This document shows positions 30,530 to 39,995 of a stretch of DNA of 64,000 bases, piece after piece. Source of the DNA: a virus. The notes below the pieces were generated by a model. It was not told the origin of the DNA. It did no database searches and was given only the letters and a program-made list of their open reading frames with translations. The stretch is taken from positions 1-64,000 of IMG/VR virus record IMGVR_UViG_3300009345_000003, one strand, 5' to 3'. Position 1 is the first letter of the stretch, and the number at the start of each line of letters is the position of its first letter. Made by a program: the position numbers and the translations under genes.

Positions 30530-31000
30530 ATGAGAAACTATCAGAGCACTATGCGTGAATTCTACACAGGCTACGGAGAAACTAAAAGCTTGTATGACTG
30601 GTACAAAGATAAACGCAATCCATACAAAAGTATGTATTATTTGCGAACAATGATCCTAAAAAAAGGTGTCGAAAAAGCGTTCGATACATATAGAGCAAAT
30701 CAAGGAGGTAGAACACCTAAATTGTATGAAGCATTTGGTGAAAAAAAGACAATTAAAGATTGGATTAAAGACCCTCGTTGTAAAATGGATAAACTAGGAT
30801 CACTCAGAAACAGAGTATACAAATACGCTAGTTTAAAATTACCTTTTGAAGTAATGCTGCTTAATCACGAGGACTTTAAAGTCTTTTTAAACAGACATAA
30901 AGTAACATCAAATTTAATAAAAAAAGCAGTTAAAATTATAAAAAACTACAATGATACGCAATGGAAAGGTATTTTAACCGATACAGAAGAACAAAAATAA
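30530..31000 (+). CDS. putative DNA-binding repeat protein, paralog of 29807
   Basis: Two copies of Y..(Y/F)GE.K(S/T)..DW.KD.R. Confidence 0.7.
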   Translation: MRNYQSTMREFYTGYGETKSLYDWYKDKRNPYKSMYYLRTMILKKGVEKAFDTYRANQGGRTPKLYEAFGEKKTIKDWIKDPRCKMDKLGSLRNRVYKYASLKLPFEVMLLNHEDFKVFLNRHKVTSNLIKKAVKIIKNYNDTQWKGILTDTEEQK

Positions 31001-31044
31001 AAGGTCAACCTGAAAAAACCTAGCAACCACAAACTGAAGTAAAT

Positions 31045-31446
31045 ATGGATAAACCAAACCAGATTATAATGTGCCCCTATTGTTCTAAACCTGCTAAATT
31101 AGTAGATGGAAGTGTAGTTTATAAACACAGAGCCGATTTAAAGCATAAACTTTTTTGGCTCTGTGCACCTTGTAGAGCTTGGGTTGGTTGTCATCCTAAC
31201 AGCAAAGACGCCAAACCTTTAGGGACACTGGCCAACTACCAATTAAGGCAAAAGCGTAGTAAAATACATAGAATATTTGATCCTATTTGGCAAAGTGGTA
31301 TGCTGAATCGCACAGAGGCGTATACCCAATTAGCATACTACATGGGTATAGAACTTAAAAATTGTCATATAGGTCATTTCCGAGAAGATGAATGCGACTG
31401 TGCTATTGCTTGTGTTTGGAAAATAATAGATAACCTTCATCAATGA
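31045..31446 (+). CDS. zinc-finger protein (DUF3268-like)
   Basis: CPYC...C..C.AWVGCH...PLGTLA...H..FDP.W...CHIG.F. Confidence 0.85.
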   Translation: MDKPNQIIMCPYCSKPAKLVDGSVVYKHRADLKHKLFWLCAPCRAWVGCHPNSKDAKPLGTLANYQLRQKRSKIHRIFDPIWQSGMLNRTEAYTQLAYYMGIELKNCHIGHFREDECDCAIACVWKIIDNLHQ

Positions 31447-31513
31447 ACTAATACATTCGTGCGCCACAACAATAATGTTTGACTTTACTGATAGTTGTAT
31501 TAAAATGTAAGGT

Positions 31514-31741
31514 ATGAAAAAAGAAAAAGCACTAACATTTAAAATGCCTTCTGGTAAACACGCTGGTCTGGCAATGAAAAGTATTCTGGAAGGTGATCCG
31601 GCGTACATTGTTTGGCTGTATGAAAATACACCTAACGATATGTACACATTCAAAGTGGCTGAGGCACTAATCACAGACGCAATTAGTAAAACTGAACCAA
31701 ACAGAAAAAAGAAACTAGATTTAAACTATCTGAGTATTTAA
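31514..31741 (+). CDS. small protein, DUF3820/ExoX C-terminal-like
   Basis: MP.GKH.G...I...DP.YI.WL. Confidence 0.7.
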   Translation: MKKEKALTFKMPSGKHAGLAMKSILEGDPAYIVWLYENTPNDMYTFKVAEALITDAISKTEPNRKKKLDLNYLSI

Positions 31742-31781
31742 AAATAAGCCTCCTCAGTTTATACCAAGGAGGCTTATTTTT
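31741..31781. terminator. bidirectional terminator where the two arms converge
   Basis: AAAATAAGCCTCCT / AGGAGGCTTATTTT stem with A/T tracts. Confidence 0.9.
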
Positions 31782-32735
31782 TTATTTCTGATCCATAACA
31801 CCTTGTATTAGTGTCTTAATATCTAATGACGCAGGTTTAATGGCACCTTGCTTGGTCTTTTCATGCAGCGTATCGATCCACCCTTTTTGATGCTGTACAT
31901 AGTCTTCAGGTGTCAGACCTTTTAACTCAGCCATACGACGATCCTGGTCAGTGATAATCGTACCATCTTCAGATTGACTGCTCCCGTCAGGCTGCGTTTT
32001 ATCGCTGCGCGGAGGTTTCTTTGTACTGAACAAATTAGCATTACTTTCTTCTTTTACAAAATCAGCCATATACTCGCTAAGCGGTACTTCAACCTCATTA
32101 CCGCGCTTATCAGTAGTAACTTTAACCAAGTCGCCATCTTCATTGTAGTTGAACTCGCCGCCAACTAACTTACTGATCTGATCAGGATTAACAGCATTGT
32201 GCTCCATAGCCACTGACCGTAAAGTGTGTTCTTTCAGCTTGGTCTGCAAACCTGTGTACTTCTGCTCCAAGGCTTCGTACTTTTCAGTTACTTCAGTACT
32301 GAACGCTGTCTTATCTGCTTCATGCTTATCTACAGTATCACTCAACTGCTTACGAAGATCAGCGATAGTTGTATTAGCTTTTTCCAGCTCAGTCATGTCA
32401 GCCTCTTCCTGAGCCTTCTTGGCACTCTTGAGCTGATCAAACTCTTTCTTCATTTCATCAAAGCCTGCAATCTTATCTTCAACGCCTTCAAATTCAGCCA
32501 TCTTATCACGCAGCTCTTTGATTTCTTTTGTAAGAGCGTTATTCTTTTTCTTAGCCTTATCCCTAGTGATTACAGCATCAGCAAACAAAGCTTTGTAATC
32601 TTTATCTTCTGCTGCTGCTTTACTTTCACCAGAACCGCCTGAAGGTCCATAATCAGTTCCATCAGCTTCATCAACATCAGCTGGTGTAAAACAACGTGTC
32701 GTGCTATTACTAAATTTAATCCAAAATTTACGCAT
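31782..32735 (-). CDS. capsid scaffolding protein (probable)
   Basis: Long acidic coiled coil, A...NAVNPDQ...NLF pattern, directly after the portal gene. Confidence 0.7.
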   Translation of the reverse strand: MRKFWIKFSNSTTRCFTPADVDEADGTDYGPSGGSGESKAAAEDKDYKALFADAVITRDKAKKKNNALTKEIKELRDKMAEFEGVEDKIAGFDEMKKEFDQLKSAKKAQEEADMTELEKANTTIADLRKQLSDTVDKHEADKTAFSTEVTEKYEALEQKYTGLQTKLKEHTLRSVAMEHNAVNPDQISKLVGGEFNYNEDGDLVKVTTDKRGNEVEVPLSEYMADFVKEESNANLFSTKKPPRSDKTQPDGSSQSEDGTIITDQDRRMAELKGLTPEDYVQHQKGWIDTLHEKTKQGAIKPASLDIKTLIQGVMDQK

Positions 32736-34161
32736 TTTCTGTTACCTCAATGTTTTCTGTTGTTTCTTTTTCTTTGCCTGGGGTAGTAAACTCTGTTTTG
32801 TCTAACGCAGAGTATAATAACGCTTTATCTGCCACATCCAATTGAATGGGTAGTTTCAAGGATACTGCTGTAAGCAACACCCTTTTAGCCTCATCACTCA
32901 ATACCGATGAAGATATAGCGTTTATCTTTGCAAGCCAATCATCCAAATTTTCTAACGGGTACGAATCAGGGTAACGAATCTTGATCTTTTCATCCATTTG
33001 TGACCCTAAATAAGCGTAGTACGTTTTAAAAATATTTCTTTCAAGTGTTTCCATATTATAAGCAAGTGATCCGAATAACAGACTTATTATCTGTTCATCC
33101 CATACACCCAGCATATCTGCTAAGCCCGTAGTGAACAATGTTAACTTAAGAACATCTTTATAAATATTCCAAAGTTCAGCTATCTGCGAACAATCAGCAC
33201 TAATGAACTGAGGCGGTTGACCTGTATTAGCCGGGAAAGCTAATACTTGAGAAGAACCTATAGCTACCAGAGCACGTTGTTTTGCCACTGTTTCTGTAAT
33301 GGTTGTAGTTCCGTCACCCTCTAACGTATTTATATCTTCCTGCTCTCGATACGCGGCTTCATCTAAACTACCATCATCAGGTACTGTAAGCTGCGAAAAT
33401 GTGTGCTTTACAGCTACTGTGTCTACATCAGAGTATAGCTGTAAAGCGGATGCAGCTGCTTCGGATAATTCTTGGCCAAAACCGTCCTTGTATGATGGTG
33501 TAAGCGTGACTTCAAAGAAAGGTGTGTAGCCAAGGCCGTGATCATATACGGGAGAAATGTCGTTACCAGATGAATCTACTTGGGCTATCTGTTCATAATC
33601 TATCTTATAGTAGACTTCTTTTTCTTGCTCATCCACTATCTTTTTCTTCATCCCAATAACCCACTCAAAACCCTTACGCTTGATCTTCTTCCAATTACGT
33701 AATTCAAGTGGGGTAAATATCTCAATAGTAGGTAAAGGGTCTTCCTCAAGCTTTATTTCCGACGTGTCATCTTCTGATACAGAGTAGTCCACAAATACAT
33801 AGCACTTACCAAAAAGTAAAATCGTGGATACTATTGATGTAATACAAGCATTTAAGCTAGTGCCGTAACCATCGGCATCACCTTCAAATGTACCTACTTC
33901 TTCTGAAAAGCCTAACCTGCTGACACCGGAAGCTAAAAAAATGGCTGTGAGCCGGTAGATGACCGTACGTACCACATTTACATATAGCGCACGATCTTTA
34001 CGCTTTTCAAAATCCTGAGAGTCTTCATGCTTATGCTGCACCATTGTTTTTAATATAATGTCTGAATCGTCAGTATAAAATCCTGTGATAGATTCCCAAG
34101 ATTTCTTTTTATCTTCATAGTCTTTATGTGTAGACGTTATATTTGGGTACTCAGCAGCCAT
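32728..34161 (-). CDS. portal protein
   Basis: 477 aa; R..RA.Y.N, DADG.GTSL, FGK.YVFVD, NW, HGLGYTPF motifs of phage portals. Confidence 0.82.
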   Translation of the reverse strand: MAAEYPNITSTHKDYEDKKKSWESITGFYTDDSDIILKTMVQHKHEDSQDFEKRKDRALYVNVVRTVIYRLTAIFLASGVSRLGFSEEVGTFEGDADGYGTSLNACITSIVSTILLFGKCYVFVDYSVSEDDTSEIKLEEDPLPTIEIFTPLELRNWKKIKRKGFEWVIGMKKKIVDEQEKEVYYKIDYEQIAQVDSSGNDISPVYDHGLGYTPFFEVTLTPSYKDGFGQELSEAAASALQLYSDVDTVAVKHTFSQLTVPDDGSLDEAAYREQEDINTLEGDGTTTITETVAKQRALVAIGSSQVLAFPANTGQPPQFISADCSQIAELWNIYKDVLKLTLFTTGLADMLGVWDEQIISLLFGSLAYNMETLERNIFKTYYAYLGSQMDEKIKIRYPDSYPLENLDDWLAKINAISSSVLSDEAKRVLLTAVSLKLPIQLDVADKALLYSALDKTEFTTPGKEKETTENIEVTENA

Positions 34162-34509
34162 CTATTCAGCCTCCTCAAACTTCTCTTTCTTTATTTTCCA
34201 GCTCCTGAATCGCCACCTGGAAATAGGTATGTACTCTATTCGTGTATCGTATTCAACTACGATATTACTTAAAGTTACATTTTTTATGATTGCTTTTTTA
34301 TCATCCACAAATAATGATCTGTGTTTATCAGAAAAAGGAGACTTTTTAAACATAATAAAAGCTACCACCTGATCGATGATAGCCTTTACATAAACCACTA
34401 TGAAGGGAGCAATGAGTAAGAACACAACAAATTCCCACACATGTGCCATAACCCTTTTGGTTGTTAATAACTCTATTATCTCCTGTGTCATATACAGGAA
34501 ATAAAACAA
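34162..34509 (-). CDS. membrane protein with MscS beta-domain-like C-terminus
   Basis: TM helix then VDDKKAII.......YIP. Confidence 0.55.
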   Translation of the reverse strand: MFYFLYMTQEIIELLTTKRVMAHVWEFVVFLLIAPFIVVYVKAIIDQVVAFIMFKKSPFSDKHRSLFVDDKKAIIKNVTLSNIVVEYDTRIEYIPISRWRFRSWKIKKEKFEEAE

Positions 34510-34523
34510 ATTTGTTCAGAAGT

Positions 34524-35213
34524 CTAGTTCTGCACACCTAAACTGCCGTTTAAACCAAAATTCAGCCTTGCCACAACATTCTCATCACTTGTTACGTACA
34601 CTGTAGCAACTGTAGCGTTGTCTGCTATCTTCATGGCATTCACACGATATACGCCTTTAGGCGGTATGGTTACAATACCCTGCGTTACAAAAACTGCTTG
34701 AGACATATCTGAAACATCAGATACCAAATACGTGACTTGAGCTGCTTCTGAATCCATATTCAAAACCACCATACCCGCCCACCAACCATTACTCAAATCA
34801 CAATCAAACATATTTTCATATACTGACGGCTGCTCTTTGAGCTGTTGGATAACCGCAGTAGCGATTGATTCAGGCGTTAAATCATGCGTATAGTACGTTT
34901 CAGCCTCACCTCGACAAACTTCTACACCCATGGATGAGCCTTTAACAACTATATTATACAAAACATTTTCAGCAGGTGGTATTACTACCACGGTATTACT
35001 GAACGTCTGCACTGGCGGTTGTATAATCTGCTTACCTTGATAAAGCTCTACAACATAATACTCAACATCTACATTCGTAGGCTCTACCCAAGATACTGAA
35101 ATGCCGTTGTGAACTGTTGTTAACGTTATAGGTAGCTGTGTCGCTGCCCTAAGCGGCAGGACATACATAAATACACAAATAACAACCAGTATAAATATTC
35201 TGTAAAAACGCAT
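34524..35213 (-). CDS. secreted protein with fibronectin type III-like domain
   Basis: Signal peptide; ISVSW.EP...YYVV...YNIVV. Confidence 0.65.
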   Translation of the reverse strand: MRFYRIFILVVICVFMYVLPLRAATQLPITLTTVHNGISVSWVEPTNVDVEYYVVELYQGKQIIQPPVQTFSNTVVVIPPAENVLYNIVVKGSSMGVEVCRGEAETYYTHDLTPESIATAVIQQLKEQPSVYENMFDCDLSNGWWAGMVVLNMDSEAAQVTYLVSDVSDMSQAVFVTQGIVTIPPKGVYRVNAMKIADNATVATVYVTSDENVVARLNFGLNGSLGVQN

Positions 35214-35229
35214 TTTTTACACTCCTTAT

Positions 35230-35276
35230 AAAAAAAATCTCCAAAAGTTCATTAAGAACTAATGGAGATTTTTTTT
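35230..35276. terminator. bidirectional terminator-like hairpin
   Basis: AAAAAAATCTCCA...TGGAGATTTTTTT. Confidence 0.75.
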
Positions 35277-35288
35277 ATTGTCTAGTGT

Positions 35289-35861
35289 TTAATTTTTAGG
35301 TATGACGAATGAAATGGTTGATTTACCTGCACGCAGCACCCTGTTATTTTTGTAGTCTACCTCAACCGGGTAGGGATATACAGTCACCTTGGATTCAACA
35401 TAAATAGGTTCAATACCACCTGTTTCAGGATCGATAGACAGCACCCACGTCGCTGAAGTTGTTTTCGATGTGAATATACCATTAGGCTCCTGCTGTTCGA
35501 CAACACCTGTTACAGCAGTCTTACCAAAATTATCTTCAATATATCTCCGCTGTATCTGCAACGGGTTAGTCAAACTCACGTCATATGGTATTCCGTAGCC
35601 CAGCGACTTACAGTCACCTTCAATCATACCATAATCCGAACGCCATACTGTGTGCGTGACTGCCACTTTATTACGTGCTTTGAACAGCTCTATTACTAAT
35701 TCGCGCTCAAAAGACCATAAAAATGAGGGCGTAGGTTGTGCAGTAGTATACATAGCCAGCTGCTTTTCTACCGCCTCTGCCTCTTTGTCCGTAACTGTTG
35801 AGTTATAGCAGCCAGTAACCGTGAAGATACAAAACAGCGTGAATAAAAATACTTTCTTCAT
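35289..35861 (-). CDS. conserved phage lipoprotein
   Basis: Lipobox VTGC; S.ERE...GYGIPY..SLTNP...Q.EPNG.F. Confidence 0.8.
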   Translation of the reverse strand: MKKVFLFTLFCIFTVTGCYNSTVTDKEAEAVEKQLAMYTTAQPTPSFLWSFERELVIELFKARNKVAVTHTVWRSDYGMIEGDCKSLGYGIPYDVSLTNPLQIQRRYIEDNFGKTAVTGVVEQQEPNGIFTSKTTSATWVLSIDPETGGIEPIYVESKVTVYPYPVEVDYKNNRVLRAGKSTISFVIPKN

Positions 35862-35864
35862 TTC

Positions 35865-36167
35865 TTAATCCTTCTTAGATGCTTTTAAAACGTTAATAGC
35901 GTCTATATGCGCCTGGATATCTGCCTTTTCCTCTTTGGTAGCTGCACTACTTAAACGCCTATGCAGAATTTTAAGCTCTGCATCATATGTAGCTATAGCA
36001 GCTTTATCACTAGCTTTTTTCTGATAGCTATTTTCAAATATTATATTTTTTGCCGCAGTGTCAGTAAATACACCTACAGCTTTCAACGTAAAAAATAACC
36101 CAATTAAAAGCACAATTGCTATTAACGCGCCTGCCACCAAACCAGTTACTTTAAGCTTAACGCCCAT
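35865..36167 (-). CDS. membrane-anchored protein, partner of the lipoprotein
   Basis: AAGGAG RBS before ATG 36167; TM then FENSYQ and helix. Confidence 0.75.
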   Translation of the reverse strand: MGVKLKVTGLVAGALIAIVLLIGLFFTLKAVGVFTDTAAKNIIFENSYQKKASDKAAIATYDAELKILHRRLSSAATKEEKADIQAHIDAINVLKASKKD

Positions 36168-36171
36168 TTTT

Positions 36172-36783
36172 TTACTCCTTATCTTCTTGATGATGAAACC
36201 AATTGCACGCATGCATATTTATTATACGCGCTTGAATGGATATATTTTTTTCATCTACATCACCTGCTTCTGTTAGCAAGCTAATTGCTAAATATAGCGC
36301 ACCAAGCGCTCTTTCCAAATCATCCCTATTATCTGTTGAACCGCTGACTTCGTAGCCATGACGCAGTATTTTTTGCAAAACTTTTATTACACCAGCACAC
36401 TTTTCAGATGTATATGCTACACGTTCAGATTGAGCGTATGTAAGCTTGCTAAAAGGCCCGTTTGTTAAAGGACCATGCTCAGGTATAATTTTTTTAGTAA
36501 AGCTACCTGCGTTAAATTCTTGAGCTAACCATTCAACCCAATTAGACACAAACCTATCAGTAGGTATTACAATTGTTTCTTGCACATGAGTGTTAGGATT
36601 AATGTACAATATACTAACAAAAGTACTATTTTTTTGTGTATGCTGTATCACTAGAGAGGGTAAACCAAGTGTGTCAGCATACGCTTTAACTATCTCTTCG
36701 CAACGAGTAGTAAATCCCTCCATTGAGTGGTAGTATTCATTATATAACTTAGCAGCCGACTCTATTGTTAAATCGTTACTCAT
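36172..36783 (-). CDS. fusion: 41155-like N-terminus plus degenerate MazG-like C-terminus
   Basis: EKCAGVI...KILRHGY...NR.DLERALGAL resembles the phage MazG pattern EECxE...KILRHG...LExELGD. Confidence 0.65.
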   Translation of the reverse strand: MSNDLTIESAAKLYNEYYHSMEGFTTRCEEIVKAYADTLGLPSLVIQHTQKNSTFVSILYINPNTHVQETIVIPTDRFVSNWVEWLAQEFNAGSFTKKIIPEHGPLTNGPFSKLTYAQSERVAYTSEKCAGVIKVLQKILRHGYEVSGSTDNRDDLERALGALYLAISLLTEAGDVDEKNISIQARIINMHACNWFHHQEDKE

Positions 36784-37453
36784 TGTTACCTCGTAAGTTA
36801 ATCAATTCCTCACCAATGTCTTCTTGAACCATGCCTATGAGTTCCCCACAATCAGCGTCATGTACAAGTGCATATTTGATTGTGCCTGTAGCAGGATACG
36901 CTAAAGTACTTTCATACAAATTAGTAAGTACAAGCTGAAATACTTGCGGATGTATCACTTCTTCATTAAGAGTATCTACTGCCGCTTGTACTTTGGCTAA
37001 TGCTTCAATCTCGCTATTAACTGTATAATAATCATCATTAGGCAATTCTTTGGCTTTATAGCTAGTTACAGCTTTAACCAAATCACTACCGTAACAGCGC
37101 ATTGTGACGCAACCTAAAATAAACTGCCCACTAAACGCATTTCTGCGTTCAATCAAAGCATACAAATTACCGCAAAGCAAACCTACAGCTTCGTATAAAT
37201 TACTCACATCGACTTCTTCAAGCGTATAATTGTATACAGGCTGGCGCACCGCACTACGATATGCTGCCTTAAACGAATTACTATCACGCATAGTCTTATA
37301 AAAAGTGGAAAGCTTTCTAGCTAGACATCCGGCAGCTACACCAATATCTATCGTCGAGGCCTCTTCACTATTATACGTTGTACCCTGATGTGCTATAATG
37401 GTTTGCGCCGCTGCATACAATTCAGCTACTGCTTCCTTTCTTTTATTATCCAT
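36776..37453 (-). CDS. hypothetical protein
   Basis: 225 aa, GGAG RBS. Confidence 0.75.
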   Translation of the reverse strand: MDNKRKEAVAELYAAAQTIIAHQGTTYNSEEASTIDIGVAAGCLARKLSTFYKTMRDSNSFKAAYRSAVRQPVYNYTLEEVDVSNLYEAVGLLCGNLYALIERRNAFSGQFILGCVTMRCYGSDLVKAVTSYKAKELPNDDYYTVNSEIEALAKVQAAVDTLNEEVIHPQVFQLVLTNLYESTLAYPATGTIKYALVHDADCGELIGMVQEDIGEELINLRGNNE

Positions 37454-37691
37454 GACTGTTCTCCAAATAAGTGCAAAATTGCTGCACCTCCTGATTATTC
37501 AACATACTATCAGCATGATCACAAGTACGCGAATCACCAAGAAGAATATCTTCTAACTCACGTAAGTGATAATGTAATTCATCCAGAACGTCAGATGGCA
37601 TTCCTTTAAAGTCAATCATAGACAACCACTTAGCCTTTTTAAAAACAGCAAACTCAGTGTCTGTTAATTTAGAATTCATCAGCATAACCAT
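37446..37691 (-). CDS. hypothetical protein
   Basis: GAGG RBS, tiling. Confidence 0.7.
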   Translation of the reverse strand: MVMLMNSKLTDTEFAVFKKAKWLSMIDFKGMPSDVLDELHYHLRELEDILLGDSRTCDHADSMLNNQEVQQFCTYLENSHG

Positions 37692-37917
37692 CCTCTACGG
37701 CTTCATCGTAATCATCCTTTGTAACCGGTTTCCAATAATATTCACCACACCGCTCATACCACAATTCGCGTGTTAATATTTCAATCTCTCTTTCTGTAGC
37801 ACCTGCTTCACTATAAAAAACAATCTCTTCTTCTGTACCAACGAAACCACAATAAACGTTGACCTTGAAATAATGATGAACTTTCTTATCCTCAGGCATA
37901 GTAGACTCCGTAGACAT
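37669..37917 (-). CDS. acidic hypothetical protein
   Basis: AAGGAG RBS. Confidence 0.75.
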   Translation of the reverse strand: MSTESTMPEDKKVHHYFKVNVYCGFVGTEEEIVFYSEAGATEREIEILTRELWYERCGEYYWKPVTKDDYDEAVEDGYADEF

Positions 37918-37939
37918 AGTAAACTCCTTTATTTAAAGT

Positions 37940-38120
37940 GGGCGTTAATTAGAAGCCAACGCCCTAAAGCTGGTATAAGGAATTTGTGCAACGCTAGCCG
38001 CCCAAATATGAGATGGGACAGGAGCGCCCTGGATTACTCTATTGAATCAGCTACTTACATTCGCTGAAACTTACATCCAGCAGTAACGGAATATAAACCA
38101 CATGAATAGGCTGTGTATCT
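37940..38120 (-). ncRNA. candidate structured RNA or leader
   Basis: Nested stems CUGGAU/AUCCAG, UCAGC/GCUGA, GGCGCU/AGCGUU, CUGUCC/GGGCGG, GGGCGUU/AACGCCC; G-U pairs favour the minus strand. Confidence 0.4.
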
Positions 38121-38124
38121 ATGA

Positions 38125-38688
38125 TCACCCTAAAATACTTTCAGGTACGCGTCCTGCTTCAGAACACGCTGTTATATTTAAAGCATCCTCAACAAAAGAT
38201 GTCAATTTTGGATAAACATCAAGAAATTGTTTTACTGTGTTAACATTATCCAGCGTACACTTGATATCGTTTACATATGCTTGAATAATCGCAACATGTT
38301 TAAAAATAATATTGAGTGAAGCATTATTAGCAGCACCGCACGAAACAAGCGACTCTTCAATATATTTATCACGTACAGAGGACGATGTAAAACAGGGTAT
38401 TAGTAAAGGTGTTTGAAGCACAAACTTAAAAATAGCACATTTAGGAAACCTGCCCCGTGTAAATGTGTACTCTTTAAGCTCATAAATCATATCAAAATCT
38501 TCAAGAACTGGTACAGCAGCAGGAAGGCCATTAATCTTATAATTACATATCATATCCGCACGTAAATCTTCAATAGCTTCACACATCTCTTCACCGTACT
38601 CAGAAGTAAGGTAATTGTTGTATATATGTTCATACAACTCACGTGTAATTCGTTCACGCTTTTCGTTTGTCAGTTTTATCCTAGCCAT
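38125..38688 (-). CDS. Nmad5-like protein (nucleotide-modification-associated domain 5)
   Basis: (K/R)LT...RE.I N-terminus and L..V.TVKQ.L.V.P.L C-terminus. Confidence 0.65.
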   Translation of the reverse strand: MARIKLTNEKRERITRELYEHIYNNYLTSEYGEEMCEAIEDLRADMICNYKINGLPAAVPVLEDFDMIYELKEYTFTRGRFPKCAIFKFVLQTPLLIPCFTSSSVRDKYIEESLVSCGAANNASLNIIFKHVAIIQAYVNDIKCTLDNVNTVKQFLDVYPKLTSFVEDALNITACSEAGRVPESILG

Positions 38689-38804
38689 TGCGTATGCTCC
38701 ATGTAAAAAATATTTTTTAGATATATGTACATCACCAATAAACGTTTTTTAACAGCTCTTTTTTTAGTACGTAACAACATACATGTCACAAACTTAAAAA
38801 AGTG

Positions 38805-39614
38805 TCAAGAGTTTTCTTCCTGTTTATCAAGCCAGTCATTAATTATTTTTACTTGACCAGTAATACTGGAAAAGAAGGCCACAGCATGGGCGTATACCAA
38901 TTTCTTCCAATCCTCACTAGTAGGGATTACGTATGTATACATGTATTCAAAATCTTCCACATTACGGTCAGAATCGTTACTGATTGGAGTGTCGTTATCT
39001 TCGCGACGCAATAAGACTGAACACTTATGTGATGTTGTCACTAATTCATTAGACATGAATCTGGCCAACTCTTCTGGCTCCCTACAATGAACAAACATGA
39101 TTCCCGGCTCTGCACGGCGATCAAAAATCTCAACATTTTCTTGGATGTCCTTGAACGGGCCGTCATTGTATTCAACCCACAGCTGCTTAATTCCAGCTAA
39201 CAGCTTTCGTGCTTTCGGTCCTTTAACATAATTCCAGCCTAAGAGTACGGCAGCATCTTTAACAAGGTCTACAGTCGAAATGTTTGCATTATAGACCTCG
39301 CATGTGTAAACGATATCCTGGTGGAACAAGTTCATTACCATTGAAGCAAACGTGTCCTTACCAGAATGGGGTGCACCGTTAATAAAGACAATAAATTTAG
39401 ACATAAAATTACCCTTATATCTTTCCATAAAATTTAATACTTGGTTCTGATTGTATATCAACTGTTTAGCCAACCCAGACGTTCGTGTACCGTATGCTTC
39501 ACCAAACCCTAAAAGTTTGTAACCTAGTCTACGATCTGCGAAATCATCTGATTCAACAAGCGCTTTTATTCTTAACGCCTCTTCAATCAACTTAACTGCT
39601 GGGACACCACTCAT
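38805..39614 (-). CDS. dNMP-kinase-like P-loop protein (possible internal start 39405)
   Basis: INGAPHSGKDTFA Walker A; HCREPEE; N.SD..V..F.Y. Confidence 0.8.
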   Translation of the reverse strand: MSGVPAVKLIEEALRIKALVESDDFADRRLGYKLLGFGEAYGTRTSGLAKQLIYNQNQVLNFMERYKGNFMSKFIVFINGAPHSGKDTFASMVMNLFHQDIVYTCEVYNANISTVDLVKDAAVLLGWNYVKGPKARKLLAGIKQLWVEYNDGPFKDIQENVEIFDRRAEPGIMFVHCREPEELARFMSNELVTTSHKCSVLLRREDNDTPISNDSDRNVEDFEYMYTYVIPTSEDWKKLVYAHAVAFFSSITGQVKIINDWLDKQEENS

Positions 39615-39994
39615 TAGTCTTCCTGCTTAAGGTTAATGCTAATATCCAACTCCATATCTTTGAGCTTATCCTTAATAATGTTTTTAAACACTGCGTTAAC
39701 AACGAATTCAGCCTGATCCTGGACATATGTACCAGCGCGTTCAGTAACAGCTTTATATGCTGCTTCATCAATACATTTGCGCAAAGATATATAATTTAGT
39801 TCATACTTAATCCTCTCGTGTGCACATTCCGAAGCTACAGTATTAAGGGGCATGTATGCGACTTTACGGCCAACTTCATTCTGAATCATAGTTGATAACT
39901 CTTCACGTACGATAGCCTTTACCTGCCCTTCGATTAAATCGCGCACATATTTACGAAATTCACTATCTTGTTCCAAAGGAATACTAATCTTCAT
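39614..39994 (-). CDS. hypothetical helical protein
   Basis: AAAGGAGTTAACATG start at 39994. Confidence 0.75.
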   Translation of the reverse strand: MKISIPLEQDSEFRKYVRDLIEGQVKAIVREELSTMIQNEVGRKVAYMPLNTVASECAHERIKYELNYISLRKCIDEAAYKAVTERAGTYVQDQAEFVVNAVFKNIIKDKLKDMELDISINLKQED

Positions 39995-39995
39995 G

